DNA of 64,000 bases. Origin: Octopus bimaculoides (taxonomy: Eukaryota). The notes below the pieces were generated by a model that did not search any database, had not been told where the DNA came from, and saw only the letters and a list, made by a program, of their open reading frames with translations. This document shows, in pieces, positions 1-12,262 of the stretch; position 1 is the stretch's first letter, and each line of letters opens with the position of its first letter. The stretch lies in contig NC_068989.1 of the NCBI RefSeq assembly GCF_001194135.2, positions 95,353,283-95,417,282 on the forward strand, in the 5' to 3' direction. Made by a program: the position numbers and the translations under genes.

Positions 1-48
<48 letters not shown>
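1..48. repeat. (AG)n microsatellite
   Basis: Pure AG dinucleotide run at the window start. Confidence 0.98.
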
Positions 49-52
<4 letters not shown>

Positions 53-60
53 TGTTCGAG

Positions 61-720
61 ATGTTCGGAGATTATAAGGACAGAGCAATCTATCCGAAGG
101 GATCAAAACATTGTCGACGATAATCCCAGAAAATCAATGAGAGTCATTTCAAAGAACTCCAGGGTGGACTATAAGAAATATGGGCCACGAGATGGTTTGA
201 TACAATTCGTATGTACTGAGGGAAGGCCAATTCATGCCCGCAACGATTCAGAGAAACCATTTGACATGCTCCAGAAAGGTTAAAAGTCCTCATCAACATG
301 GCATGCGTTTTTCTTCTCTGATGGGAAAAATTTCGACCAAGACAATAAGTCTAACGGGAGAAATGATAGGTGGCTATGTGTCGATCCTTCTGATGTCCCC
401 TAATGTGATATGCACCAAGTTTCCAGCAACTGCGATGCTTTTAAGAGCGGTGAGTAACGAAGGTCATGTCACGACACTTCATACATTTCCGCGAGGTTTT
501 AGAATTAATGCTGCTGAATACGTTTAGATTCTAAGGATAGTTGTTAAGCCCTGAACGGATGAAAGACGTAGTGAAATGTTATGTATGTTTCAAGATCTAG
601 CACCATCAGACAATCTTTACAACCATGTAACATCGAACTTGTGGCCTCCAAATTCGCCAAATTTAAATCCCATGGACAACCACGTTTAGTACATTGGTGA
701 AAGGGAGACTAATCTTCCGA
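61..720 (+). mobile_element. Decayed Tc1/mariner-superfamily transposase fragment, maT/DD37D-like
   Basis: Frameshifted motifs in order: FFSDGKNF (first catalytic D); RNDRWLCVDPSDVP..TKFPATAMLLRAVSNEGHV..F..GFRINAAEY; a YVFQQDSAP-like segment near 585-605; WPPNSPNLNPMD at 642-677. Confidence 0.8.
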
Positions 721-854
721 GAACATGGGCACAATTTTTTATTAAAATACATTTGGTCTTAGCGAGATTATACTTGTTTTATTAAGTTACCAAACTGGTC
801 CTTAAATACTTATGTATATACAGAGAGAGAGAGAGAAGGTGATATATATATATA

Positions 855-1529
855 NNNNNNNNNNNNNNNNNNNNNNNNNNNNNNNNNNNNNNNNNNNNNN
901 NNNNNNNNNNNNNNNNNNNNNNNNNNNNNNNNNNNNNNNNNNNNNNNNNNNNNNNNNNNNNNNNNNNNNNNNNNNNNNNNNNNNNNNNNNNNNNNNNNNN
1001 NNNNNNNNNNNNNNNNNNNNNNNNNNNNNNNNNNNNNNNNNNNNNNNNNNNNNNNNNNNNNNNNNNNNNNNNNNNNNNNNNNNNNNNNNNNNNNNNNNNN
1101 NNNNNNNNNNNNNNNNNNNNNNNNNNNNNNNNNNNNNNNNNNNNNNNNNNNNNNNNNNNNNNNNNNNNNNNNNNNNNNNNNNNNNNNNNNNNNNNNNNNN
1201 NNNNNNNNNNNNNNNNNNNNNNNNNNNNNNNNNNNNNNNNNNNNNNNNNNNNNNNNNNNNNNNNNNNNNNNNNNNNNNNNNNNNNNNNNNNNNNNNNNNN
1301 NNNNNNNNNNNNNNNNNNNNNNNNNNNNNNNNNNNNNNNNNNNNNNNNNNNNNNNNNNNNNNNNNNNNNNNNNNNNNNNNNNNNNNNNNNNNNNNNNNNN
1401 NNNNNNNNNNNNNNNNNNNNNNNNNNNNNNNNNNNNNNNNNNNNNNNNNNNNNNNNNNNNNNNNNNNNNNNNNNNNNNNNNNNNNNNNNNNNNNNNNNNN
1501 NNNNNNNNNNNNNNNNNNNNNNNNNNNNN
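855..1529. other. Assembly gap flanked by (TA)n
   Basis: N run. Other gaps: 6437-6810, 13815-13834, 27943-28668, 41420-41532, 48472-48665, 49921-49942, 53722-54280, 62522-63235, mostly bounded by (TA)n or (TG)n. Confidence 0.99.
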
Positions 1530-2431
1530 ATATATATATATATATATATATATATATACTACACGGTAATTCACCAAACGTGTGAGTTCTGACAGTAAAT
1601 ACTTACCCCCATCGGACTTGAGAAGCAAAACTTAGGTTTCTCCCTCAAGAACCTACCAATGTCTAAACCGAAAACTCATACTACAGAGAACTTGTATTCT
1701 TATACAGAGGATGCGCTGGAGGGATAAAGATGAGCCATTCCAGGACTCAAGAAATTTTAGTTGTATCTACGAGCTACGCACCAACAGGAACCCCTCCCCA
1801 CAACCCATTACTAGAGTAATCTGAGAGAGAGTGGGGAAGAGAGATGTTGGACCTCATGAATGCAGGCATTTGATCGGTTAAAATTACATAAATTTAAAAG
1901 CTTGTAACTCCTTTATTAATTCCTCGAAAGAAAAAGAAATAAATGCAATTTTTCTTATCAACAAGCAAAACTGTATCAAAAGTACATTTCTGAAAATATT
2001 CAGGTGAAAATTTAAGAAAATTGTATTTGTTGGAAAAAAACTTAATGAGATCCATTTAATGTGATTTTAGATATTGTTGAATGCTCATATACCTGTCGAC
2101 CCGATTAAGGGCTAAACAACAACAAAGAGAACACCTTCAATTATAGCACAAACACATCTCTACCATAACTAATCACGTTTACTGTTAACACCACGACAAC
2201 TACAGCAACAACAATCACCTCCAAAGCTAGAAGTACCGCTACATATCTTCTACAATCACTACAATAGCAACCAGGACAACCTCTACATCAGAATGTCCGC
2301 CATTTTACTTCCCATACACCAGTTTTTAATGCTTCAGTTCTTAATCTGCCATTACAAATCTAGTGTTCCTCCTCACCACCCTCAACTTAGTTTTCTATAA
2401 AATATATTGTTAATAGACATAGCTAGGCATA

Positions 2432-2728
2432 GGCATGGCTGTCTGATTAAGAAGCTCCACTTTGGGATCAAGTAGCTCCGAGTTCAGTCCCACTGTGCGA
2501 CACCTTGGACAATTGTTTTCTATTTTAGTACCAGACCGACCAATGCCTGGTGAATAGATCTGGTAGACGGAAACTGTAGGGAAGCCTGTCTTGTGTCTGT
2601 TGGCGAAAATATTCGATAGAATAAGTACCAGACTTTATGAAAGTTAGTTGTGGAGTTGATTTGTTCGACTAAACCCTTCAGGGTGGTGCCCCAGCGTGGT
2701 CGCAATCCAGTGATTGAAACAAGTAAAA
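2432..2728 (+). mobile_element. tRNA-derived SINE, family A
   Basis: A-box-like TGGCTGTCTGATTAAG, B-box-like GAGTTCAGTCCC, core GGTAGACGGAAACTG and tail GGTGCCCCAGC..TGAAACAAGTAAAA shared with other copies in the window. Confidence 0.8.
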
Positions 2729-3762
2729 ATTGAAGTAAATGATGGATATATTAAGCATTTTTACATTATTTAATAAAATGATAATAAAATAAACCTAAAC
2801 AATTATTTAATATAAAAACAACATAAATATTACTTATTTTAACGAGACTCCTGACTGTTTTAATTTCGCATAGTTTTTAATGTTTCAATTAATGAGAATA
2901 ACAAAGAATTCTTCAGATTTGAATCATTCAGTTGTGAACTCGTTTTGTGCTTTATTACTTTTCGGAATGAAAATATTTATTCACATCTGTACGTCGTTCC
3001 GAAACGACAGATGTAATTTTGGATAAATTATCTTAGTTCTAAAATAATGTTTACTGAATAATGATTACCAGATATTATTCATGTCAAAAATAATTTGAAC
3101 GGAGAGAAACTTATTAAATTTCATTTTCAATAATGAATTTGTTTTCTAGTCAATAAGTTTCGTTTTTAAGTTACGAAGCATCTTCATGCTTTTTTTTTTT
3201 TTTTTTTTTTTGGTTCACTAAGTGAAAATAAGTTTCTAAATGCAAGAATGCAATTTTCCTTCTTTTTCCTTTCTTTTCTCCCCCAGCGAAATCACGAAAA
3301 TGACTTTCAAATGATTCTTGCAATAACCTGATTTTTTTTTTCTTTCAACATATTCTGCAAAATTGCCATTATCTTCAGCACATTCATTCTGATATTTAAG
3401 TGCAGAAACTGGTTCAAATTTTCATTTTCTCGTTAAAAGATGAACATTTTAAATTTCTCTTTCAATGCATTGATATCATTTACTGAGCGAGGAAACAATT
3501 CGTTCTTGCCCGCAGTCACAAATTTTGATTATTGAGATAACACATCATGTTAACTAAAAATACTAAACCAAATAGCTAACTATTATTATTTTTTTTAAAA
3601 AAGATTCTTTCTTTAGGCAGCTCACTCAGTTTTCACTTCAAGAAAATTAAGTATTTTTCAGTTCTAAAAATTTTCACAAAATCAGTTCTCTTGAAATGCA
3701 AAATATCTCACAACGGAAGACAAGGTAACCATATTCCAAATCTGACAGTTCGCAATATTCTT

Positions 3763-3973
3763 CTCTACTCTAGGCACAAGCCCGAAACTGAGGGGGGAGG
3801 GAGCAGTCAATTAGATCGACCCCAGTACCCAACTGGTACTTAATTTATCGATCCCGAAAGGATGAAAGGCAAAGTCGACCTCGGCGGAATTTGAACTCAG
3901 AACGTAGTGCCAGACGAAATGCCGCTAAGCATTTCGCCTGGCGTGCTAACGTTTCTGCCAATTCGCCGCCTTT
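3763..3973 (-). mobile_element. tRNA-derived SINE, family B, with 20-bp target-site duplication
   Basis: Core GGATGAAAGGCAAAGTCGACCTCGGCGGAATTTGAACTCAG. Identical TGACAGTTCGCAATATTCTT at 3743-3762 and 3974-3993. Confidence 0.92.
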
Positions 3974-4002
3974 TGACAGTTCGCAATATTCTTGGATTTC
4001 TA

Positions 4003-4215
4003 AGGCAGTGAGCTGGCAGACTCGTTAGCGCGCCGTTCAAAATGCTTAGCGTGATTTTGTCCGTCTCTATGTTCTTAGTTCAAATTCTGCAGATGTCGAC
4101 TTTACCTTTCATCCTTTCGGATTCGATAATCTAAGTACCAGTTGATCACTGGGGTCGAGGTAATCAGTTAGCATCTCCAATCAAATTTCCGGCCTTGTGC
4201 CTATCGTAGGAAGGA
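4003..4215 (+). mobile_element. SINE family B
   Basis: Head GGCAGTGAGCTGGCAGA, B-box GTTCAAATTC, core GTCGACTTTACCTTTCATCCTTTCG. Further partial copies follow at about 4230-4290, 4430-4530 and 4545-4680. Confidence 0.85.
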
Positions 4216-5837
4216 CATTTACTCCGACTCTTTACGTTTTGAGTTCAAATCCCACCGCGGTCAACTTTGCCTTTCAACCTTCACCAAATTTCTTGAGTCT
4301 GACGATTCACTGGGCCGGCAATGTTGTTGGAGGGGGGCAGTTGAGTTTCTGATTTAACAAAGAAAACCATGTTCCCACAGGTTTTGTCAAATGACTGATC
4401 CAAGTAGATGTATCATCTTTCTTTTTTTCTATGACAAGGCAGGATTTGAACTCAGGACGGAATGCACCAGAACATATTCTAGAAGCCATACACTCTGGCA
4501 CCCTAAGAATTCTACCAATTCATTGTCCTCAACTGTTGTTTTTTATTAGCCCCACAAAAGATGAAAGGCAAGGTTGACCTCGATTAGATTTGAACTCAGA
4601 GCACAGAAAGTCAGAATAAATATCAAACAGCAGGCATTCCATCGAAAACTATAATGACTCTTCCAATTTATTGCCTTCAACCCGTCTTGGAGGCAGTGAG
4701 AAAGGTCATCAGCTCTGCTGTTGCTTTTCCAACTCTGACATTAACAAAAACAAGGTCAGACTTGTATAATTCTTTCGTCTCCAACTAACACAAGAAAATT
4801 AACACCCAAAGCAATCAGCCAACAAAACATTTGCAAATATTCCAATCTTAATATCGTTTACAACACAGATTTTGTGTTATTGTAGTTGTTGTTGTTGTCC
4901 AAAGTCAGTCTACGACGGAACAATCCTTTGAAGAAAAATGATCCAGCTGCTGCCAATTCATTGCTACTATTGTTGTCGTTTAACACCAGGTCAGCTCTGA
5001 TGGAGCAGACCCACAATTGAAGACACTCCAATTGTGACTATCCTGCCTTTTATTTTCAGACATATTACCTACGAGTACAATATCTAATGCGTCCTTCCTT
5101 TCTATTAAGAGAGTACGATGTAATACGAGGGAAATTTCACTGCAATTTCTAGCAGATTGCGAAAACTCAAACAGACTTCTTCTTTGGCTGAGTTTCAGAA
5201 GAGAGTAGTGGAATGGTAAGTTGTGGGGTGGAACATCAAAGTAAATAACTTTAAATATTTAGGGTTGTGTTTCTAAATTCCAAGTTCAAATCTTGATTTG
5301 GCTCACTCCTCTGTTCACGAAGGCTTGGGTCTTTGAACATGGGATTCTATATTTACTCCCCACCTCTCTCTCTCTCTCTCGCTACTACTACTACTACTAC
5401 TACTACAGCCTGATATTGATCGATATCTTGCAGATGAAATTTAGGATGTGTGTGTGTGTTGATGTGTCTGAAATGCTCCTACCCCACAATAAAATAAATA
5501 AATAAATAAATAAATGATTATAAAATAAATATGAATAAAATTAATAAATGTAAAACACAATAAAACAACTATAAAATAAAGAAAGCTAAAAGGAAGCAAA
5601 ATAAATCTAAAGCAGCCATTCCAGCGAGTACCATTTCTCCTTCTTTTGCATTGCTTCCACTGAGTTTCATTCTTGCCTTCTGGTTATTCGAACCGATTTA
5701 AGCCATCGATATTGATCTCATTATTAAGACAAAAGGGATTTTTAACAGTTATTTCGTTTCATTTCATTTCCTTTTGTTTTATTTTGTGTCACTCTTTGCG
5801 TAAAACAACCTCATTGATTGCAACTTTACAACAGGTC

Positions 5838-5909
5838 AACCAATCACTCGCTCACTCTATCTCCAATGATGAAAGTGAATTAAGATTGGCTGTGACTAAC
5901 GATTGGTTG
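5838..5909. promoter_or_regulatory. Cluster of four CCAAT boxes (candidate NF-Y-type promoter)
   Basis: CCAAT at 5840 and 5863, ATTGG at 5885 and 5902. Three have the extended RCCAATC context. Confidence 0.3.
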
Positions 5910-5981
5910 TGACTTTATGGACATCATTCAAAGAGCATTTGTTTATTCTCTTTTCATTTTTCATTCTTTTGCTAATTTCAG

Positions 5982-6005
5982 CTCAAGTACAGTGGTCGTG
6001 CGAAG
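5982..6005 (+). other. Candidate 24-nt microexon
   Basis: Long pyrimidine tract ending TTTCAG, 24 nt open in all three frames, then AAG|GTACC. Confidence 0.2.
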
Positions 6006-6108
6006 GTACCACTATTATTTATTTATTTATTTTTTATTTTTATTTTTATTTTCTTCTTCTTATTTTTTTCTAATGTATATAGGCGAAAGTTGCAAACATA
6101 TCTATGCA

Positions 6109-6119
6109 TATATGCACAC

Positions 6120-6155
<36 letters not shown>

Positions 6156-6821
6156 ACACATATATATAACGGGGGTAGCTGATGAAGGAAAATGTTCTCT
6201 ATGTGGCTTGTGTGTTTTCTGTACTCTGGTTATTATTATTTTCTTGTCTACGTTTTGTTTGCAATGTCCTGTACCCAGATATGCACCTATATATACAGGT
6301 AGACGTAGGTATGCACATACCTGTGCGTATATATGCATATACTCATTTATTATTGTTTTACATGATCGAACGCCTGCGTCATCCCTGTTGTAAGTAGTTC
6401 TCAACTTTATATTTTCTGACGCGACTCTATCTCTTTNNNNNNNNNNNNNNNNNNNNNNNNNNNNNNNNNNNNNNNNNNNNNNNNNNNNNNNNNNNNNNNN
6501 NNNNNNNNNNNNNNNNNNNNNNNNNNNNNNNNNNNNNNNNNNNNNNNNNNNNNNNNNNNNNNNNNNNNNNNNNNNNNNNNNNNNNNNNNNNNNNNNNNNN
6601 NNNNNNNNNNNNNNNNNNNNNNNNNNNNNNNNNNNNNNNNNNNNNNNNNNNNNNNNNNNNNNNNNNNNNNNNNNNNNNNNNNNNNNNNNNNNNNNNNNNN
6701 NNNNNNNNNNNNNNNNNNNNNNNNNNNNNNNNNNNNNNNNNNNNNNNNNNNNNNNNNNNNNNNNNNNNNNNNNNNNNNNNNNNNNNNNNNNNNNNNNNNN
6801 NNNNNNNNNNTATATGCACAC

Positions 6822-6857
<36 letters not shown>

Positions 6858-7055
6858 ACACATATATATAACGGGGGTAGCTGATGAAGGAAAATGTTCT
6901 CTATGTGGCTTGTGTGTTTTCTGTACTCTGGTTATTATTATTTTCTTGTCTACGTTTTGTTTGCAATGTCCTGTACCCAGATATGCACCTATATATACAG
7001 GTAGACGTAGGTATGCACATACCTGTAGGTATATATGCATATACTCATTTATTAT

Positions 7056-7062
<7 letters not shown>
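6109..7062. repeat. ~250-bp direct duplication on both sides of a gap
   Basis: 6109-6360 recurs at 6811-7062 with one dinucleotide difference seen (TGTGCGT vs TGTAGGT). Probable haplotype or contig-overlap artefact. Confidence 0.85.
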
Positions 7063-7092
<30 letters not shown>

Positions 7093-7115
7093 CATACATA
7101 TACATCTGCATTAGC

Positions 7116-7545
7116 ATCATCATCATCATCGTTTAACATCTGCTTTCCATGCTGGCATGGGTTGGATGGTTTGATTGAAAACTGGTGATCCAGAAGGCTG
7201 CACCAGGCTCCAATCTGATCTTGCAAAGTTTCTACAGCTAGATGCCCTTCCTATCGCCAACTACTCTGAGAGTGTAGTGGGTAATTTTACATGCCAACGG
7301 CATGAGGGCCAGTCAGACGGTTCTGGCAACGACCACGCTCAAAAGGTGTTTTTACGTGCTACCTGGATGGGAGCCAGTCCGGTGGCACTGGCAACAGCCA
7401 CGCTTGAATGTTGTTTTTCACGTGCCACCAGCAAAGTGCCAGTAAGGCGACACTGGCAATGATTATGCTCAAATGGTGCTTTTCACATGTCACCAGCATG
7501 GGAGCCAATCCGTGGCCCTGTCAACGATTACACTCGGAGGTGCTT
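7116..7545 (-). mobile_element. RTE-tail-type repeat, family C, with an internal ~65-bp minisatellite
   Basis: (CAT)n then CGTTTAACATCTGCTTTCCATGCTGGCATGGGTTGGA (reverse of the family tail). Repeat units start near 7285, 7349, 7413, 7479 and 7543. Confidence 0.75.
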
Positions 7546-7735
7546 TTAACGTTCCATTCCACAAAATAAGAGGATACTGGGGAGCATCATAAGAGGGATG
7601 AATCTCTGAAACATATTTAAGGTTGTTATCTCGAGCACGAATGAGAATATCATGATTTTCATGGGGATCACCTACCATAAGGATGGCTACTTCATTAGTT
7701 GTGGGATCATTAAAATGGTGTAAACTGTCCGTTAC
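7545..7735 (-). mobile_element. Helitron Rep/helicase fragment
   Basis: Minus-strand HFNDPTTNEVAILMVGDPHENHDILIRARDNNLKYVSEIHPSYDAPQYPLILWNG matches the conserved Helitron segment FNAPT..EVA...VG....RDI......L..ISE.H..YD.LQYPL.F..G. Confidence 0.75.
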
Positions 7736-8934
7736 TATAGTTTACTACAGACATAATAGACACAGAAACACACACACACACTCACAGACACATAGACACT
7801 CATAGAATTGATATTGAAAACAGCAAAACGTACACACACAAAGTTCAAACGAAATGTGGTCAATATAGGTGCAAAACATACTTTCTGCAACATAATTATG
7901 CTATAAAATTTTCCTTTTGAGAATATTTCCAAAAGAAATATTCCAGCATCAGAAAGTCACCAATTTAGCAAAAATCATTATGCGTCACCAATGTAACATA
8001 GTACAGAAAGTCAACATTTCAGGATTGAATGAAGAAAGTCAAACTCTAAGAAAATTCTGGAGGTGTAATTCAATTTTTCATACAAAAATAATTTATTATT
8101 TTACAATTTTTAAACAAACGGTGAACAAAGTGAGTACAAAGGAATATGTTGCCATTGTGAACGTTAATTAATTAAAAACATTTGCTGAAGGATGTATGTG
8201 CAAGACATAAATTAATTTGACATCACTTGCTATATATTTTAACTGTGTAAGGTCATAGGTTGTGGAATAAATGCTGACTAATGCAGTAAAAAGGTTGCGT
8301 GGGGTTGAATATTGTTAAAGTAGCAAAGCAGGAATACAATAAAGACGCTAGGACTGTTAAAAAAGCATTATCTTCAAACTGGTTATAAGAACTGGAATAA
8401 CATTTCTGTAATTCTATTGAAAGAGCTGCTAAGGCTTTCTACGTCGCCAAGTTTCCAAATTTGTTGTATTAACCAGAATAACATTTTCTTTCAGATATAT
8501 TTGCAAGTGTTGTGAGTGCTGTCAAATCAGCCAAATCTCCATGTTGGTAATAAAAAGACAGAATAATATTTCAGCACATAAGTAGTGGTAATCATTACTG
8601 CAACACTCCATGATGTAAAAGAAAATCCAATCAGTGGAACTTCAAAGTGAACGCGGTTGTTCGTTTGACGTCCAGATCACAACTAAACTAAACTCTTTCA
8701 AATTCGGTGCATTTCACTGTTGGGTGGTACAGTCACATACATATACTAAGACAGACACACACAGACATACATTCACGCACACCTCGGGACTATCTTTGTC
8801 CCTTTGTTTGTCTGTCTCTGTCTTTAGTGACCTGAAGTCAGCTCTGATCAAACAGACCAATGATCAGAGGTATTCCAGCCATGACACTCCCATCTGTGTT
8901 TCCCCACTTTTATAGCAATATACCAACTATTGAA

Positions 8935-9138
8935 TGAACCATTTTGACTGGAACCCCACTGAGTTCTGATGCAACTTCCTGCATACAAAACTTTCTGCTT
9001 TAAACTCATCAAAATTAAAACTTTCTAAACATCAGCTTAATAATGGCAAAGTTATTCCAGCAAGTCCTTCATTAATTTCAAAATTAATTGAAACAGAGGC
9101 AGTGTGTTGCATCAGAAATATGGTAACAGAATGGTTAA
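8935..9138. mobile_element. piggyBac-type MITE (~200 bp)
   Basis: TGAA/TTAA flanks, terminal inverted AACCATTTTG / CAGAATGGTT, similar to the copy at 36952-37153. Confidence 0.6.
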
Positions 9139-9479
9139 GATGTATATGGAGGTTCTTGTTGCAGTTGTTGTTGCTGCTGCTTAGCCCCACAGCCACCACC
9201 ATCACCACCACCACCATCACCGCTTCCAGTTCGACTCTGATCGAGTTGAGCTTCTGCTTTTGTAAGATGGCAGGGTGTGTTTAAAGATAAATTTGGCTGC
9301 TATTATGGGCGTGGCTATATTGAAGGTCTTTCATTGCGAATGACTGGTAAAGAAGAAAAAATATATTCAGACCTTTATTACTTGTGACTAACGAGTTTGA
9401 CTAAAGAATCAGGAAGAAGATAAGAATGAGAAGATAAGTAGAAAGCACCTGTGAGTCACAAGTGCTTTCTACACACACA

Positions 9480-9670
9480 CACACACACACATACACTTGA
9501 CTCCTAGTGTTCATTTGTTTATGTCTTAATGACTTAGTAGTTTGGCAAAAGAGACCAATAGAATAAGTACTAGACTTTTTAAAAGTAAGTCCTGGAGTCA
9601 ATTTTTTTGACTAAAACCCTTCAAGATAGTGCCCCAGCTTGGCCACAGTTCATTGATTGAAATGAGTAAA
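9480..9670 (+). mobile_element. SINE family A, 3' half
   Basis: GAATAAGTACTAG..GTGCCCCAGCTTGGCCACAG..TGAAATGAGTAAAAG tail. Confidence 0.7.
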
Positions 9671-10104
9671 AGAGAGAAGATGACATTTCTATGACTGTCG
9701 TTGCTAGAATCCCAACATTTGGGTTTGTTTTTGTGGTTTTTGTCTTTTATTTGTTAGGTTCTGGAGGAAGGAACCATATCCATGGTTTCCACAGACATTC
9801 TAAGACCAGTGAGACATTCACTTTGAACAGTCGCATGTCAACAACTGTGAGAAAAACATGCAGAAGTGGTGGGTGGTGGGTGGGGGTGAAGAATTCCAGA
9901 GGGATGACATTCTTGAGAGAAAAGATTGGATGGGAAACCAGGAGTGAGGGAAGAGGGTTGTGAATTGAATAAGGTTGACAAAAAGAAGAGAAATGTGGGA
10001 GTCAGAAGTATCCGAATAGACTGTGGTATGAGATCAGTCAATTCTGAGGAACAGGGGCCATTGTTATTAGAAGCAACAAGCCCCAAAAGGACAGGATTTG
10101 GAGT

Positions 10105-10325
10105 GTGTTTGTGATTTCCATGCTGGGCACCATGTAAAAAGCACCCAATACCCTCAGTAAAGCTGTTGGTGTAAGGAAGGGCGTCCAGTTGTAGAAACCA
10201 TGCCAAACAGACGATTGGGACCTGCTGCAGCTCTTCAGCTGGCCAGCTCCTGTCAAACCATCCAACCCATGCCAGCATGGAAAATGGACATAAAATAATG
10301 ATGATGATGATGATGATGATGATGA
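10105..10325 (+). mobile_element. RTE-tail-type repeat, family C
   Basis: GGAAGGGCGTCCAGTTGTAGAAAC..TCCAACCCATGCCAGCATGGAAA followed by a (GAT)n tail. Confidence 0.8.
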
Positions 10326-11265
10326 TACAATTATCATCATTGCCCCCTTTTTGCTGTTTAGTTGTATTATTATCACCACAGTGATGTTACTGCTGTTGTT
10401 TTTGGCCCCTTTGCTGCTGTTATCCCTGTTGGTGCTGCTCCTATCACCATACCCCTGTTAACCTTCTACCATTACTTCTACACTTTAATGCTGTCACCAG
10501 ACCATTACTGCCACCAGACATTAAAAAAAAAATACTGCAGTTAACACTATACCATTGCTGCTGCATTTACCATTATAACCATTTTGGCCATTGCAGCTAT
10601 TTTTACACTACTACAGCTACTACTACTGCCATCACCATACCGTTACTACTACTGCTACTACTATTATAGTTATCATCAGACCATTGCTACTCTAGCAACT
10701 GCTACTGCCACTACTACTACTACTACTACTACTACTGGCATTATGCAGTAAAGGTAGGTGGGGATCATGTGCCAAATTATTCAATTAAATATCAAAAAAT
10801 AAAATAAAATAAAAGTTGACAGTTATATTTTAAAATTAAAAGTATTGTGGTTGTTTTTGTCTTTGTTTTGTAAATGTTATGGGTGATTTAATTTTAATTT
10901 AAACAACAGAGATGTCTTTTTATATTAAATTTTCATGTATCAGATATTAGGTTTTGAGTCTTTCATTGATGACAAGATGACCTTTTCATTCATAAATTAA
11001 CAACACTTGACAAACAATCTCTCATTTTTTTTTCTCCCTCTGTCTACAAAAAACGAAATCTCTCTAATCTCTGGAATCTGAAAATTTTGGCTTAAAACAA
11101 AGTGTGAAAATTGTTTCTAGGCGTAATTAGTGGTTTGAGTTTTATTTATTAGGCGTCAGGTAGCTGCTTCTTTGGTGACCCATTTTTACAGACAGTCTAA
11201 TGATATGTAAATATGTATATTCCAATAGGTTAATCTATGCAGCTTATTGCAAAGAGTTAATCTTT

Positions 11266-11590
11266 TACTTGTTTCAGTCATTTGCTTGTAGCCATACTGG
11301 GGCACCACCTTAAAAGGTTGAACAAATTTACCCCAGTTACTTATTTTAAGTTTAATTCTTATTCTACTAATATCTTTCAATGAGCCACTAAGTCACAGGG
11401 ATGTAAACAAACCAACACGCACACACACACAAAGGGCTTAACCACAGTTTCCATCTTCCAAACTCATTCAGAAGGCATCTGGTTGGCCTAAGGCTATTGC
11501 AAAAGACTTTTGTCCAAGATGCTTATCCTGTGGGACTGATTCCAGAACCATGTGGCTGCCAAGTGGACTTCTTAACCACAAGGCCATGCC
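11266..11590 (-). mobile_element. SINE family A
   Basis: TTTTACTTGTTTCAGTCATT..GGGCACCACC tail and reverse head GGGACTGATTCCAGAACCATGTGG..CTTAACCACA. Confidence 0.8.
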
Positions 11591-11616
11591 CCTACCTCAA
11601 TATATATTTATTTACA

Positions 11617-11808
11617 AGACAGCAAGCTGGCAGAAATATTAACACACTGGGCAAAATGCTTGTCTGAGTTCTAGCTCCACCGAGGTCGACTTTGCCTTTC
11701 ATCATTTCAGGGTCGATAAATCAAGTACCAGTTGTGTACCAAGATCGGTCTAATTGACTGGCCTCTTCCCTCAAAATTTCGGGCCTTGTGCCTAGAGTAG
11801 AAAAGAAT
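11617..11808 (+). mobile_element. SINE family B
   Basis: CAAGCTGGCAGAA head and CCGAGGTCGACTTTGCCTTTCATC core. Confidence 0.82.
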
Positions 11809-11904
11809 ATATATTTATTTATATATTTATTTTATTCCTCCACATCCTGTTTTTATTTCTTGTTGGTTGATGAAGCATCACAAGCACAAGAAGTGAACCA
11901 TGAA

Positions 11905-12256
11905 TTGGAACAACTAAGAATCCAAAAGCAGGGACTAAGCAAGGACCAGCTTCTGAAACCTGTTGCCAAACATTGGGCCTTTGAACACAAGGTGACACTC
12001 TGTAACTGGTGGAATTATGAGGAGATAATCCGTTATGAATTTGTAGTAGTTGGTGAAACCATTGATGTCAATCTGTAGTGGAACAAACAGCAGGAGTGGA
12101 TGTCTGCCATTGTGAGTCAAAAATACCCAGCAATGGTCAACCGAAAATAAGCTTTTCTTCAACAAGACATCACAGAATCTCATATCACTTGACTGACCCT
12201 GAATAAACTTCAAGAACTTAAGGGAATTGAACTGATGCCACACCCAGCATATAGTG
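11905..12256 (+). mobile_element. Decayed mariner transposase fragment
   Basis: KVTLCNWWNYEEIIRYEFVVVGETID, then KYPAMVNRK*AFLQQD (second catalytic D region) and TLNKLQELKGIELMPHPAYS (start of the PHPxYSPDL motif), with stop codons. Confidence 0.8.
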
Positions 12257-12262
12257 CAGGTA

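Noticed and set aside
1607-1680. Minus-strand exon with good splice signals
   Set aside because: Stops in all three frames; at most non-coding, with no other support.
2986-3017. GC-containing hairpin as a Helitron 3' end or hammerhead
   Set aside because: No downstream CTRR terminus and no CUGANGA core.
6109-7062. Tandem duplication as a biological event
   Set aside because: The near-identical copies bracket an N-gap. The same pattern occurs at 41347-41419 and 41533-41604, which is typical of overlapping contig ends or haplotigs.
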